A stretch of 64,000 nt of DNA from Eledone cirrhosa. Taxonomy: Eukaryota. How positions within the stretch are numbered: position 1 is the stretch's first letter; each line of letters opens with the position of its first letter. The position numbers and the translations under genes were made by a program. The notes under the pieces were generated by a model, which was not told the origin of the DNA, did no database searches, and worked only from the letters and a program-made list of their open reading frames with translations. Location of the stretch: positions 66,898,001 to 66,962,000 of the forward strand of contig OZ024743.1 in the NCBI GenBank assembly GCA_964016885.1, in the 5' to 3' direction. Positions 39,325 through 54,300 of the stretch are shown here, piece after piece.

Positions 39325-42300
39325 CATCAATAGAGATATATTACAGTAGATATAGTGTGTTATATCACAATAGAGATATATTAGTGTAGATGTGGTGTGT
39401 TATATCCCAATAGAGATATATTACAGATGGTGTGGTGTGTTATATCACAACACTAGAGAGGTATTGCTGTATATGTGGTGTGTTATATCACAATAGAGAT
39501 ATATTACTGTAGATCTGGTGTGTTATATCATAATAGAGATATATTACAGTAGATGTGGTGTGTTATATAACAGCACTAGAGAGGTATTACTGTATATGTG
39601 GTGTGTTATATCACATCAATAGAGAGGTATTACTGTAGATGTGGTGTGTTATACCACAATAAAGAGGTATTACTGTAGATGTGGTGTGTTATATCACCTC
39701 AATAGAGAGGTATTACTGTAGTTGTGGTGTGTTATACCACATCAATAGAGAAGTATTACTGTAGTTGCGGTGTGTTATATCACAATAGAGATATATTACT
39801 GCAGATGTGGTGTGTTATATCACAACAATAGAGAGGTATTACTGTAGTTGTGGTGTGTTATATCACATCACTAGAGAGGTATTACTCCAGATGTGGTGTG
39901 TTATATCACATCAATTGAGAGGTATTTCTGTAGATGTGGTGTGTTATACCACATCAATAGAGAGGTATTACTGTAGTTGTGGTGTGTTATATCACAACAC
40001 TAGAGAGGTATTACTGTAGATGTAGTGTTATATCACACCAATAGAGAGGTATTTCTGTAGATGTGGTGTGTTAAACCACATCAATAGAGAGGTATTACTG
40101 TAGTTGTGGTGTGTTATATCACAATTGAGAGGTATTACTGTAGATGTGGTGTGTTATATCACATCAATATAGATGTATTACTGTAGTTGTGGTGTGTTAT
40201 ATCACAACAACAGAGAGGTATTACTGTAGATGTGGTGTGTTATATCACAACAATAGAGAAGTATTACTGTAGATGTGGTGTGTTATATCACAATAGAGAG
40301 GTATTACTGTAGATGTGGTGTGTTATATCACAACACTAGAGATGTATTACTGTAGATGTGGTGTGTTATATCAAAAAACTAGAGAGGTATTACTGTAGAT
40401 GTGGTGTGTTATATCACAACACTAGAGAGGTATTACTGTAGTTGTGGTGTATTATATCACAACAATAGAGAGGTATTACTGTAGATGTGGTGTGTTATAT
40501 CACATCACTAGAGAGGTATTACTGTAGTTGTAGTGTGTTTTATCACATCAATAGAGAGGTATTACTGTAGATGTGGTGTGTCATATTACAACACAAGAGA
40601 GGTATGATTGTAGATGTGGTGTGTTATATACAACAATAGAGTGGTATTACTGTAGTTGTGGTGTGTTATACCACCACAATACAGAGGTATTACTGTAGTT
40701 GCGGTGTGTTATATCACAATAGAGATATATTACTGTAGATGTGGTGTATTATATCACATCAATAGAGTGGCATTACTGTAGTTGTGGTGAGTTATATCAC
40801 AATAGAGTGGTATTACTGTAGATGTGGTGTGTTATATCACATCACTAGAGAGGTATTACTGTAGATGTGGTGTGTTATACCACAATAGAGAGGTATTAAT
40901 GTAGATGTAGTGTGTTATATCACAAAAATAGAGAAGTATTACTGTAGATGTGGTGTGTTGTTTCACAACACTAGAGATGTATTACTGTAGATGTGGTGTG
41001 TTATATCACAAGAATAGAGAGGTATTAATGTAGTTGTGGTGTTTTATATCACAACACTAGAGCGGTATTACTGTAGATGTGGTGTGTTATATCACAACAC
41101 TAGAGAGGTATTACTGTAGATGTGGTGTGTTATACCACAGCAATAGAGAGGTATTACTGTAGTTGTGGTGTGTTATATCACAACACTAGAGAGGTATTAC
41201 TGTAGATGTGGTGTGTTATATCACAACACTAGAGAGGTATTACTGTAGATGTGGTGTGTTATACCACATCAATAGAGAGGTATTACTGTTGATGTGGTGT
41301 GTTATATCACAATAGAGAGGTGTTACTGTAGTTGTTTTGTGTTATATCACAATAGAGATGTGTTACTGTAGTCGTGGTGTGTTACACCACAATAGCGATA
41401 TATTACTGTAGATGTGGTGTGTTATATCACATCAATAGAGCGGTATTACTGTAGTTGTGGTGTGTTATACCACCACAATACAGAGGTATTACTGTACATG
41501 TGATGTGTTATATCACAACAATAGAGAGGTATTACTGTAGTTGTGGTGTGTTATACCACAATAGAGAGGTACTACTGTAGATATAGTGTTATATCACATC
41601 AATAGAGAGGTATTACTGTAGTTGTGGTGTGTTATATCATATCAATAGAGATGCATTACTGTAGTTGTGGTGTGTTATATCACACCACTAGAGAGGTATT
41701 ACTGTAGTTGTGGTGTGTTATATCATATCAATAGAGATGCATTACTGTAGTTGTGGTGTGTTATATCACACCACTAGAGAGGTATTACTGTAGTTGTGGT
41801 GTGTTATACCACAACACTAGAGAGGTATTACTGTAGATGTGGTGCGTTATACCACAATAGAGAGGTATTACTGTTGAGGTGGTGTGTTATATCACATCAA
41901 TAGAGAGGTATTACTGTAGATGTGGTGTGTTATATCACATCAATAGAGAGGTATTACTGTAGATGTGGTGTGTTATATCACAACAATATAGAGGTATTGC
42001 TGTAGATGCGGTGTGTTATATCACAATAGAAATGTATTACTGTAGTTCTGGTATGTTATATCACAATAGAGAGGTATTACTGTAGTTGTGGTGTGTTATA
42101 TCACATCAATAGATAGGTATTACTGGACATCTGGTGTGTTATACCACAATAGAGAGGTATTACTGTAGATGTGGTGTGTTATATCACAACACTAGAGAGG
42201 TATTAATGTAGATGTAGTGTTATATCACAACACTAGACAGGTATTACTGTAGATGTGCTGTGTTACACCACAATAGAGATATATTACAGTAGATGTGGTG

Positions 42301-45300
42301 TGTTATACAACAATAGAGATATATTACTGTAGATGTAGTGTTATATCACAAAATTAGAGAGGTATTACTGTAGATGTGTTGTGTTATACCACAATAGAGA
42401 GGTATTACTGTAGATGTGGTGTGTTATATCACATCAAATAGAGAGGTATTACTGTAGATGTGGTGTGTTATATCACATCAATAGTGAGGTATTACTGTAG
42501 TTGTGGTGTGTTATATCATAACAATATAGGGGTATTACTGTAGTTGTGGTGTATTATATCACAATTGAGAGGTATTACTGTAGATGTGGTGTGTTTTATC
42601 ACATCAATAGAGAGGTATTACTGTAGATGTGGTGTGTTATATCACATCAATAGTGAGGTATTACTGTAGTTGTGGTGTGTTATATCATAACAATACAGGG
42701 GTATTACTGTAGTTGTGGTGTATTATATCACAATTGAGATGTATTACTGTAGATGTGGTGTGTTTTATCACATCAATAGAGAGGTATTACTGTAGATGTG
42801 GTGAGTTATACCACAATAGAGAGGTATTAATGTAGATGTAGTGTGTTATATCACAAAAATAGAGAAGTATTACTGTAGTTGTGGTGTGTGTTATACCACA
42901 ATAGAGAGGTATTAATGTAGATGTAGTGTGTTATATCACAAAAATAGAGAAGTATTACTGTAGTTGTGGTGTGTGTTATACCACAATAGAGAGGTATTAA
43001 TGTAGATGTAGTGTGTTATATCACAAAAATAGAGAAGTATTACTGTAGTTGTGGTGTGTGTTATACCACAATAGAGAGGTATTAATGTAGATGTGGTGTG
43101 TTATACCACAATAGAGATATATTACAGCAGATGTAGTGTTATATCACAACACTAGAGAGTTATAACTGTAGATGTGGTGTGTTATACCACATCAATAGAG
43201 AGGTATTACTGTAGTTGTGGTGTGTTATATCGCAATAGAGAGGTATTACTGTAGATGTGGTGTGTTATACCACAATTGAGTGGTATTACTGTAGTTGTGG
43301 TGTGTTAAATAATATCAATAGAGATTTATTACTCTAGTCGTGGTGTGTTATACCACAATAGAGACGGATTACTGTAGGTGTAGTGTTATATCACATCAAT
43401 AGAGGGGTGCGTTATACCACAACAATACAGAGGTATTACTGTAGATGTGGTGTGTTATATCACAACACTATAGAGGTATTACTGTAGATGTGATGTGTTA
43501 TACCACAATAGAGAGGTATTTCTGTAGTTGTGGTGTGTTATATCATATTATCAATAGACATGTATTACTATAGTTGTGGTGTTATATCTCATCAATAGAG
43601 AGGTATTACTGTAGTTGTAGTGTGTTATATCAAAATAGAGAGGTATTACTGTAGATGTGGTGTGTAATATCACATCAATAGAGAGGTATTACTGTAGATG
43701 TGGTGTGTTATATCACAATAGAGAGGTATTACTGTAGATGTGGTGTGTTATATCACAATAGAGAGGTATTACTGTAGATGTGGTATTTTGTATCACAATA
43801 GAGAGGTATTACAGTAGATGTGGTGTGTTATATGAAAAAAAATAGAGAGGTATTACTGTAGATGTAGTGTGTTATATCACATCAATAGAGAGGTATTACT
43901 GTAGTTGTGGTGTGTTATATCACAATAGAGAGGTATTACTGTAGTTGTGTTGTGTTATATCACAACAGTAGAGAGGTATTACTGTAGTTGTGGTGTGCTA
44001 TATCACAACACTAGAGTGGTATTACTCTAGTTGTGGTGTGTTATATCACATCAATAGAGAGATATTACTGTAGATGTGGTGTTTTATATCACATCAATAG
44101 AGAGGTATTACTGTAGATGTGGTGTATAATATCACAACACTAGAGAGGTATTACTGTAGATGTGGTGTGTTATATCACAACACTAGAGATGTATTACTGT
44201 AGATGTGGTGTGTTATATCACAACGATAGAGAGGTATTACTGTAGTTGTGGTGTACTATATCACAACACTAGAGAGGTATTACTGTAGATGCGGTGTGTT
44301 ATATCACAACACTAGAGAGGTATTACTGTAGTTGCGTTGTGTTATATCACAATAGAGATATATTACTGTAGATGTGGTGTGTTATATCACAAAAATAGAG
44401 AGGTATTACTGTAGTTGTGGTGTGTTATATCACAACACTAGAGAGGTATTACTGTAGTTGTGGTGTATTATATCACAATAGAGAGTTATTACTGTAGTTA
44501 TTTTGTGTTATATCACAACAGTAGAGAGGTATTACTGTAGTTGTGGTGTGCTATATTACAACACTAGAGAGGTATTACTGTAGATGCGGTGTGTTATATC
44601 ACAACAATAGAGAGGTATTACTGTAGTTGTGGTGTGTTATATCGCATCAATAGAGAGGTATTACTGTAGATGTGGTGTGTCATATCACAACAATAGAGAG
44701 GTATTACTGTAGATGTGGTGTGTTATATCAGAACAATAGAGAGGTATTACTGTAGTTGCGGTGTGTTATATCACAATAGAAATATATTACTGTAGATGTG
44801 GTGTGTAATATCACAACAATAGAGAGGTATTACTGTAGATGTGGTGTGTTATATCACCACAATAGAGGGGTATTACTATAGTTGCGGTGTGTTATATCAC
44901 AATAGAGAGGTATTACTGTAGTTGCGGTGTGTTATACCGCAATAGAGATATATTACTGTAGATGTAGTGTTATATCACAAAATTAGAGAGGTATTACTGT
45001 AGATGTGGTGTGTAATATCACATCAATAGAGAGGTATTACTGTAGATGTGGTGTGACATATCACATCAATAGTGAGGTATTAATGTAGATGTGGTGTGTT
45101 ATATCACAACAATAGGGAGGTATTACTGTAGTTGTGGTGTGTTATATCACATCACTAGAGAGGTATTACTCCAGATGTGGTGTGTTATATCACAAGACTA
45201 GAGAGGTATTACTGTAGTTGTGGTGTGTTATACCACCACAATACAGAGGTATTACTGTAGATGTGGTGTGTTACATCACAACACTAGTGAGGTATTACTG

Positions 45301-48300
45301 TAGATGTGGTGTGTTATACCACAACAGAGAGTATTACTGCAGATGTGGTGTATTATATCATATCAATAGAGAGGTATTACTGTAGATGTGGTGTGTTATA
45401 CCACGATAGAGATATATTATTGTAGTTGTGGTGTGTTATATCACATCACTAGAGAGGTATTACTGTAGCTGTGGTGTGTTATATCACAACAATAGAGAGG
45501 TATTACTGTAGATGTGTTGTGTTATACCACAATAGAGAGGTATTACTGTAGATGTGGTGTGTTATATCACATCAATAGAGAGGTATTACTGTAGATGTGG
45601 TGTGTTATATCATATCAATAGTGAGGTATTACTGTAGTTGTGGTGTGTTATATCATAACAATATAGGGGTATTACTGTAGTTGTGGTGTATTATATCACA
45701 ATTGAGAGGTATTACTGTAGATGTGGTGCGTTTTATCACATCAATAGAGAGGTATTACTGTAGATGTGGTGTGTTATATCACATCAATAGTGAGGTATTA
45801 CTGTAGTTGTGGTGTGTTATATCATAACAATACAGGGGTATTACTGTAGTTGTGGTGTATTATATCACAATTGAGAGGTATTACTGTAGATGTGGTGTGT
45901 TTTATCACATCAATAGAGAGGTATTACTGTAGATGTGGTGTGTTATACCACAATAGAGAGGTATTAATGTAGATATAGTGTGTTATATCACAAAAATAGA
46001 GAAGTATTACTGTAGTTGTGGTGTGTGTTATACCACAATAGAGAGGTATTAATGTAGATGTGGTGTGTTATACCACAATAGAGATATATTACAGCAGATG
46101 TAGTGTTATATCACAACACTAGAGAGGTATTACTGTAGATGTGGTGTGTTATACCACATCAATAGAGAGGTATTACTGTAGTTGTGGTGTGTTATATCGC
46201 AATAGAGAGGTATTACTGTAGATGTGGTGTGTTATACCACAATTGTGTGGTATTACTGTAGTTGTGGTGTGTTAAATAATATCAATAGAGATGTATTACT
46301 GTAGTCGTGGTGTGTTATACCACAATAGAGACGGATTACTGTAGGTGTAGTGTTATATCACATCAATAGAGGGGTGCGTTATACCACAACAATACAGAGG
46401 TATTACTGTAGATGTGGTGTGTTATATCAAAACACTATAGAGGTATTACTGTAGATGTGATGTGTTATACCACAATAGAGAGGTATTTCTGTAGTTGTGG
46501 TGTGTTATATCATATTATCAATAGACATGTATTACTATAGTTGTGGTGTTATATCTCATCAATAGAGAGGTATTACTGTAGTTGTGGTGTGTTATATCAA
46601 AATAGAGAGGTATTACTGTAGATGTGGTGTGTAATATCACATCAATAGAGAGGTATTACCGTAGATGTGGTGTGTTATATCAAAATAGAGAGGTATTACT
46701 GTAGATGTGGTGTGTTATATCACAATAGAGAGGTATTACTGTAGATGTGGTATTTTGTATCACAATAAAGAGGTATTACTGTAGATGTAGTGTGTTATAT
46801 CACATCAATAGAGAGGTATTACTGTAGTTGTGGTGTGTTATATCACAATAGAGAGGTATTACTGTAGTTGTGTTGTGTTATATCACAACAGTAGAGAGGT
46901 ATTACTGTAGTTGTGGTGTGCTATATCACAACACTAGAGTGGTATTACTCTAGTTGTGGTGTGTTATATCACATCAATAGAGAGATATTACTGTAGATGT
47001 GGTGTTTTATATCACATCAATAGAGAGGTATTACTGTAGATGTGGTGTATAATATCACAACACTAGAGAGGTATTACTGTAGATGTGGTGTGTTATATCA
47101 CAACACTAGAGATGTATTACTGTAGATGTGGTGTGTTATATCACAACAATAGAGAGGTATTACTGTAGTTGTGGTGTACTATATCACAACAATAGAGAGG
47201 TATTACTGTAGTTGTGGTGTGTTATATCGCATCAATAGAGAGGTATTACTGTAGATGTGGTGTGTCATATCACAACAATAGAGAGGTATTACTGTAGATG
47301 TGGTGTGTTATATCACAACAATAGAGAGGTATTACTGTAGTTGCGGTGTGTTATATCACAATAGAAATATATTACTGTAGATGTGGTGTGTAATATCACA
47401 ACAATAGAGAGGTATTACTGTAGATGTGGTGTGTTATATCACCACAATAGAGGGGTATTACTATAGTTGCGGTGTGTTATATCACAATAGAGAGGTATTA
47501 CTGTAGTTGCGGTGTGTTATACCGCAATAGAGATATATTACTGTAGATGTAGTGTTATATCACAAAATTAGAGAGGTATTACTGTAGATGTGGTGTGTAA
47601 TATCACATCAATAGAGAGGTATTACTGTAGATGTGGTGTGACATATCACATCAATAGTGAGGTATTAATGTAGATGTGGTGTGTTATATCACAACAATAG
47701 GGAGGTATTACTGTAGTTGTGGTGTGTTATATCACATCACTAGAGAGGTATTACTCCAGATGTGGTGTGTTATATCACAAGACTAGAGAGGTATTACTGT
47801 AGTTGTGGTGTGTTATACCACCACAATACAGAGGTATTACTGTAGATGTGGTGTGTTACATCACAACACTAGTGAGGTATTACTGTAGATGTGGTGTGTT
47901 ATACCACAACAGAGAGTATTACTGCAGATGTGGTGTATTATATCATATCAATAGAGAGGTATTACTGTAGATGTGGTGTGTTATACCACAATAGAGATAT
48001 ATTATTGTAGTTGTGGTGTGTTATATCACATCACTAGAGAGGTATTACTGTAGATGTGGTGTGTTATATCACAACAATAGAGAGGTATTACTGTAGATGT
48101 GTTGTGTTATACCACAATAGAGAGGTATTACTGTAGATGTGGTGTGTTATATCACATCAATAGAGAGGTATTACTGTAGATGTGGTGTGTTATATCATAT
48201 CAATAGTGAGGTATTACTGTAGTTGTGGTGTGTTATATCATAACAATATAGGGGTATTACTGTAGTTGTGGTGTATTATATCACAATTGAGAGGTATTAT

Positions 48301-51300
48301 TGTAGATGTGGTGCGTTTTATCACATCAATAGAGAGGTATTACTGTAGATGTGGTGTGTTATATCACATCAATAGTGAGGTATTACTGTAGTTGTGGTGT
48401 GTTATATCATAACAATACAGGGGTATTACTGTAGTTGTGGTGTATTATATCACAATTGAGAGGTATTACTGTAGATGTGGTGTGTTTTATCACATCAATA
48501 GAGAGGTATTACTGTAGATGTGGTGTGTTATACCACAATAGAGAGGTATTAATGTAGATATAGTGTGTTATATCACAAAAATAGAGAAGTATTACTGTAG
48601 TTGTGGTGTGTGTTATACCACAATAGAGAGGTATTAATGTAGATGTGGTGTGTTATACCACAATAGAGATATATTACAGCAGATGTAGTGTTATATCACA
48701 ACACTAGAGAGGTATTACTGTAGATGTGGTGTGTTATACCACATCAATAGAGAGGTATTACTGTAGTTGTGGTGTGTTATATCGCAATAGAGAGGTATTA
48801 CTGTAGATGTGGTGTGTTATACCATAATTGTGTGGTATTACTGTAGTTGTGGTGTGTTAAATAATATCAATAGAGATGTATTACTGTAGTCGTGGTGTGT
48901 TATACCACAATAGAGACGGATTACTGTAGGTGTAGTGTTATATCACATCAATAGAGGGGTGCGTTATACCACAACAATACAGAGGTATTACTGTAGATGT
49001 GGTGTGTTATATCAAAACACTATAGAGGTATTACTGTAGATGTGATGTGTTATACCACAATAGAGAGGTATTTCTGTAGTTGTGGTGTGTTATATCATAT
49101 TATCAATAGACATGTATTACTATAGTTGTGGTGTTATATCTCATCAATAGAGAGGTATTACTGTAGTTGTGGTGTGTTATATCAAAATAGAGAGGTATTA
49201 CTGTAGATGTGGTGTATAATATCACATCAATAGAGAGGTATTACTGTAGATGTGGTGTGTTATATCAAAATAGAGAGGTATTACTGTAGATGTGTGTGTT
49301 ATATCACAATAGAGAGGTATTACTGTAGATGTGGTATTTTGTATCACAATAAAGAGGTATTACTGTAGATGTAGTGTGTTATATCACATCAATAGAGAGG
49401 TATTACTGTAGTTGTGGTGTGTTATATCACAATAGAGAGGTATTACTGTAGTTGTGTTGTGTTATATCACAACAGTAGAGAGGTATTACTGTAGTTGTGG
49501 TGTGCTATATCACAACACTAGAGTGGTATTACTCTAGTTGTGGTGTGTTATATCACATCAATAGAGAGATATTACTGTAGATGTGGTGTTTTATATCACA
49601 TCAATAGAGAGGTATTACTGTAGATGTGGTGTATAATATCACAACACTAGAGAGGTATTACTGTAGATGTGGTGTGTTATATCACAACACTAGAGATGTA
49701 TTACTGTAGATGTGGTGTGTTATATCACAACAATAGAGAGGTATTACTGTAGTTGTGGTGTACTATATCACAACACTAGAGAGGTATTACTGTAGATGCG
49801 GTGTGTTATATCACAACACTAGAGAGGTATTACTGTAGTTGCGTTGTGTTATATCACAATAGAAATATATTACTGTAGATATGGTGTGTAATATCACAAC
49901 AATAGAGATATATTACTGTAGATGTGGTGTGTTATATCACAAAAATAGAGAGGTATTACTGTAGTTGTGGTGTGTTATATCACAACACTAGAGAGGTATT
50001 ACTGTAGTTGTGGTGTATTATATCACAATAGAGAGTTATTACTGTAGTTATTTTGTGTTATATCACAACAGTAGAGAGGTATTACTGTAGTTGTGGTGTG
50101 CTATATTACAACACTAGAGAGGTATTACTGTAGATGCGGTGTGTTATATCACAACAATAGAGAGGTATTACTGTAGTTGTGGTGTGTTATACCGCAATAG
50201 AGATATATTACTGTAGATGTGGTGTGTTATATCACAAAAATAGAGAGGTATTACTGTAGTTGTGGTGTGTTATATCACAACACTAGAGAGGTATTACTGT
50301 AGTTGTGGTGTATTATATCACAATAGAGAGTTATTACTGTAGTTATTTTGTGTTATATCACAACAGTAGAGAGGTATTACTGTAGTTGTGGTGTGCTATA
50401 TTACAACACTAGAGAGGTATTACTGTAGATGTGGTGTGTCATATCACAACAATAGAGAGGTATTACTGTAGATGTGGTGTGTTATATCACAACAATAGAG
50501 AGGTATTACTGTAGTTGCGGTGTGTTATATCACAATAGAAATATATTACTGTAGATGTGGTGTGTAATATCACAACAATAGAGAGGTATTACTGTAGATG
50601 TGGTGTGTTATATCATCACAATAGAGAGGTATTACTATAGTTGTGGTGTGTTATATCACAATAGAGAGGTATTACTGTAGTTGCGGTGTGTTATATCACA
50701 ATAGAGATATATTACTGTAGTTGTGGTGTGTTATACCACATCAATAGAGATGTATTTCTGCAGTTTAGGTGTGTTATATCACATCACTAGAGAGGTATTA
50801 CTCCAGATGTGGTGTGTTATACCACAACAATAGAGAGGTATTTCTGTAGATGTGTGTGTGTTATATCACAACACTAGAGAGGTATTACTGTAGTTGCGGT
50901 GTGTTATATCACAATAGAGATATATTACTGTAGATGTGGTGTGTTATATCAAAATAGAGAGGTATTACTGTAGATGTGGTGTGTTATATCACATCACTAG
51001 AGAGGTATTACTGTAGATGTGGTGTGTTATATCACAACAATAGAGAGGTATTACTGTAGTTGTGGTGTGTTATATCACAATAGACAGGTATTACTGTAGT
51101 TGTGGTCTGTTATATCACAACAATACAGAGGTATTATTGTAGATGTGGTGTGTTATATCACAATAGAGAGGTATTACTGTTGTTGTGGTGTGTTATATAA
51201 CATCAATAGAGAGGTATTACTGTAGATCTGGTGTGTTATATTACAATAGAGAGGTATTACTGTAGTTGTGGCGTGTTATATCAGAACACTAGAGAGGTAT

Positions 51301-54300
51301 TTATGTAGGTGTTGTGTTATATCACAACAATAGAGAGGTATTACTATGGATGTAGTGTGATATCACAACACTAGAGAGGTATTGCTGTAGATGTGTTGTG
51401 TTATACCGCAATAGAGATATATTACAGTAGATGTGGTGTGTTATACCACAATAGAAATATATTACTGTAGATGTAGTGTTATATAACAACACTAGAGAGG
51501 TATTACTGCAGATGTGTTGTGTTATACCGCAATAGAGATATATTACTGTAGATGTAGTGTTATATCACAAAATTAGAGAGGTATTACTGTAGATGTGGTG
51601 TGTAATATCACATCAATAGAGAGGTATTACTGTAGATGTGGTGTGATATATCACATCAATAGTGAGGTATTAATGTAGATGTGGTGTGTTATATCATAAC
51701 ACTCGAGAGGTATTACTGTAGTTGTGGTGTGTTATATCACAACAATAGAGAGGTATTACTGTAGATGCGGTGTGTTATATCACATCAATAGAGAGGTATT
51801 ACTGTAGTTGTGTTGTGTTATATCACAACAATAGAGAGGTATTACTGTAGTTGTGTTGTGTTATATCACATCAATATAGATGTATTACTATAGATGTTGT
51901 GTGGTATATTACATCAATAGAGAGGTATTACTGTAGTTGTGGTGTGTTATACCACCACAATACAGAGGTATTATTGTAGATGTGGTGTGTTACATCACAA
52001 CACTAGTGAGGTATTACTGTAGATGTGGTGTGTTATACCACAACAGAGAGTATTACTGCAGATGTGGTGTATTATATCATATCAATAGAGAGGTATTACT
52101 GTAGATGTGGTGTGTTATACCACAATAGATATATATTATTGTAGTTGTGGTGTGTTATATCACATCACTAGAGAGGTATTACTCTAGATGTGGTGTGTTA
52201 TATCACAACAATAGAGAGGTATTACTGTAGATGTGCTGTATTATACCACAATAGAGAGGTATTACTGTAATTGTGGTGTGTTATATCACAACAATATAGA
52301 GGTATTACTGTAGATGTAGTGTTATATCACAACACTAGAGAGGTATTACTGTAGATGTAGTGTTATATCACAACACTAGAGAGGTATTACTGTAGATGTG
52401 TTGTGTTATACCACAATAGAGATATATTACAGTAGATGTGGTGTGTTATACCACAATAAAAATATATTACTGTAGATGTAGTGTTATATAACAACACTAG
52501 AGAGGTATTACTGCAGATGTGTTGTGTTATACCGCAATAGAGATATATTACTGTAGATGTAGTGTTATATCACATCAATAGAGAGGTATTACTGTAGATG
52601 TGGTGTGATATATCACATCAATAGTGAGGTATTACTGTAGTTGTGGTGTGTTATATCACATCAATAGAGATGTATTACTGTAGTTGTGTTGTGTTATATC
52701 ACATCAATAGAGAGGTATTACTGTAGTTGTGTTGTGTTATATCACATCAATACAGAGGTATTACTGTAGATGTGGTGTGATATATCACAACAATAGAGAG
52801 GTATTAATGTAGATGTGGTGTGTTATATCACAACACTAGAGAGGTATTACTGTAGTTGTGGTGTGTTATATCACAACAGTAGAGAGGTATTACTGTAGAT
52901 GCGGTGTGTTATATCACATCACTAGAGAGGTATTACTGTAGTTGTGGTGTGTTATATCACAACAATAGAGAGGTATTACTGTAGTTGTGTTGTGTTATAT
53001 CACATCAATATATATGTATTACTATAGATGTTGTGTGGTATATTACATCAATAGAGAGGTATTACTGTAGATGTGGTGTGTTATATCACAACAATAGGGA
53101 GGTATTACTGTAGTTGTGGTGTGTTATATCACATCACTAGAGAGGTATTACTCCAGATGTGGTGTATTATATCACAACACTAGAGAGGTATTACTGTAGT
53201 TGTGGTGTGTTATACCACCATAATACAGAGGTATTACTGTAGATGTGGTGTGTTATATCAAAATATAGAGGTATTACTGTAGATGTGGTGTGTTATATCA
53301 CATCACTAGAGAGGTATTACTGTAGATGTGGTGTGTTATATCACAACAATAGAGAGGTATTACTGTAGTTGTGGTGTGTTATATCACAATAGACAGGTAT
53401 TACTGTAGTTGTGGTCTGTTATATCACAACAATACAGAGGTATTATTGTAGATGTGGTGTGTTATATCACAATAGAGAGGTATTACTGTAGTTGTGGTGT
53501 GTTATATAACATCAATAGAGAGGTATTACTGTAGATGTGGTGTGTTATATTACAATAGAGAGGTATTACTGTAGTTGTGGCGTGTTATATCAGAACACTA
53601 GAGAGGTATTTATGTAGGTGTTGTGTTATATCACAACAATAGAGAGGTATTACTATGGATGTAGTGTGATATCACAACACTAGAGAGGTATTGCTGTAGA
53701 TGTGTTGTGTTATACCACAATAGAGATATATTACAGTAGATGTGGTGTGTTATACCACAATAGAAATATATTACTGTAGATGTAGTGTTATATAACAACA
53801 CTAGAGAGGTATTACTGCAGATGTGTTGTGTTATACCGCAATAGAGATATATTACTGTAGATGTAGTGTTATATCACAAAATTAGAGAGGTATTACTGTA
53901 GATGTGGTGTGTAATATCACATCAATAGAGAGGTATTACTGTAGATGTGGTGTGACATATCACATCAATAGTGAGGTATTAATGTAGATGTGGTGTGTTA
54001 TATCATAACATTCGAGAGGTATTACTGTAGTTGTGTTGTGTTATATCACATCAATATAGATGTATTAGTATAGATGTTGTGTGGTATATTACATCAATAG
54101 AGAGGTATTACTGTAGATGTGGTGTGTTATATCACAACAATAGGGAGGTATTACTGTAGTTGTGGTGTGTTATATCACATCACTAGAGAGGTATTACTCC
54201 AGATGTGGTGTGTTATATCACAACACTAGAGAGGTATTACTGTAGTTGTGGTGTGTTATACCACCACAATACAGAGGTATTACTGTAGATGTGGTGTGTT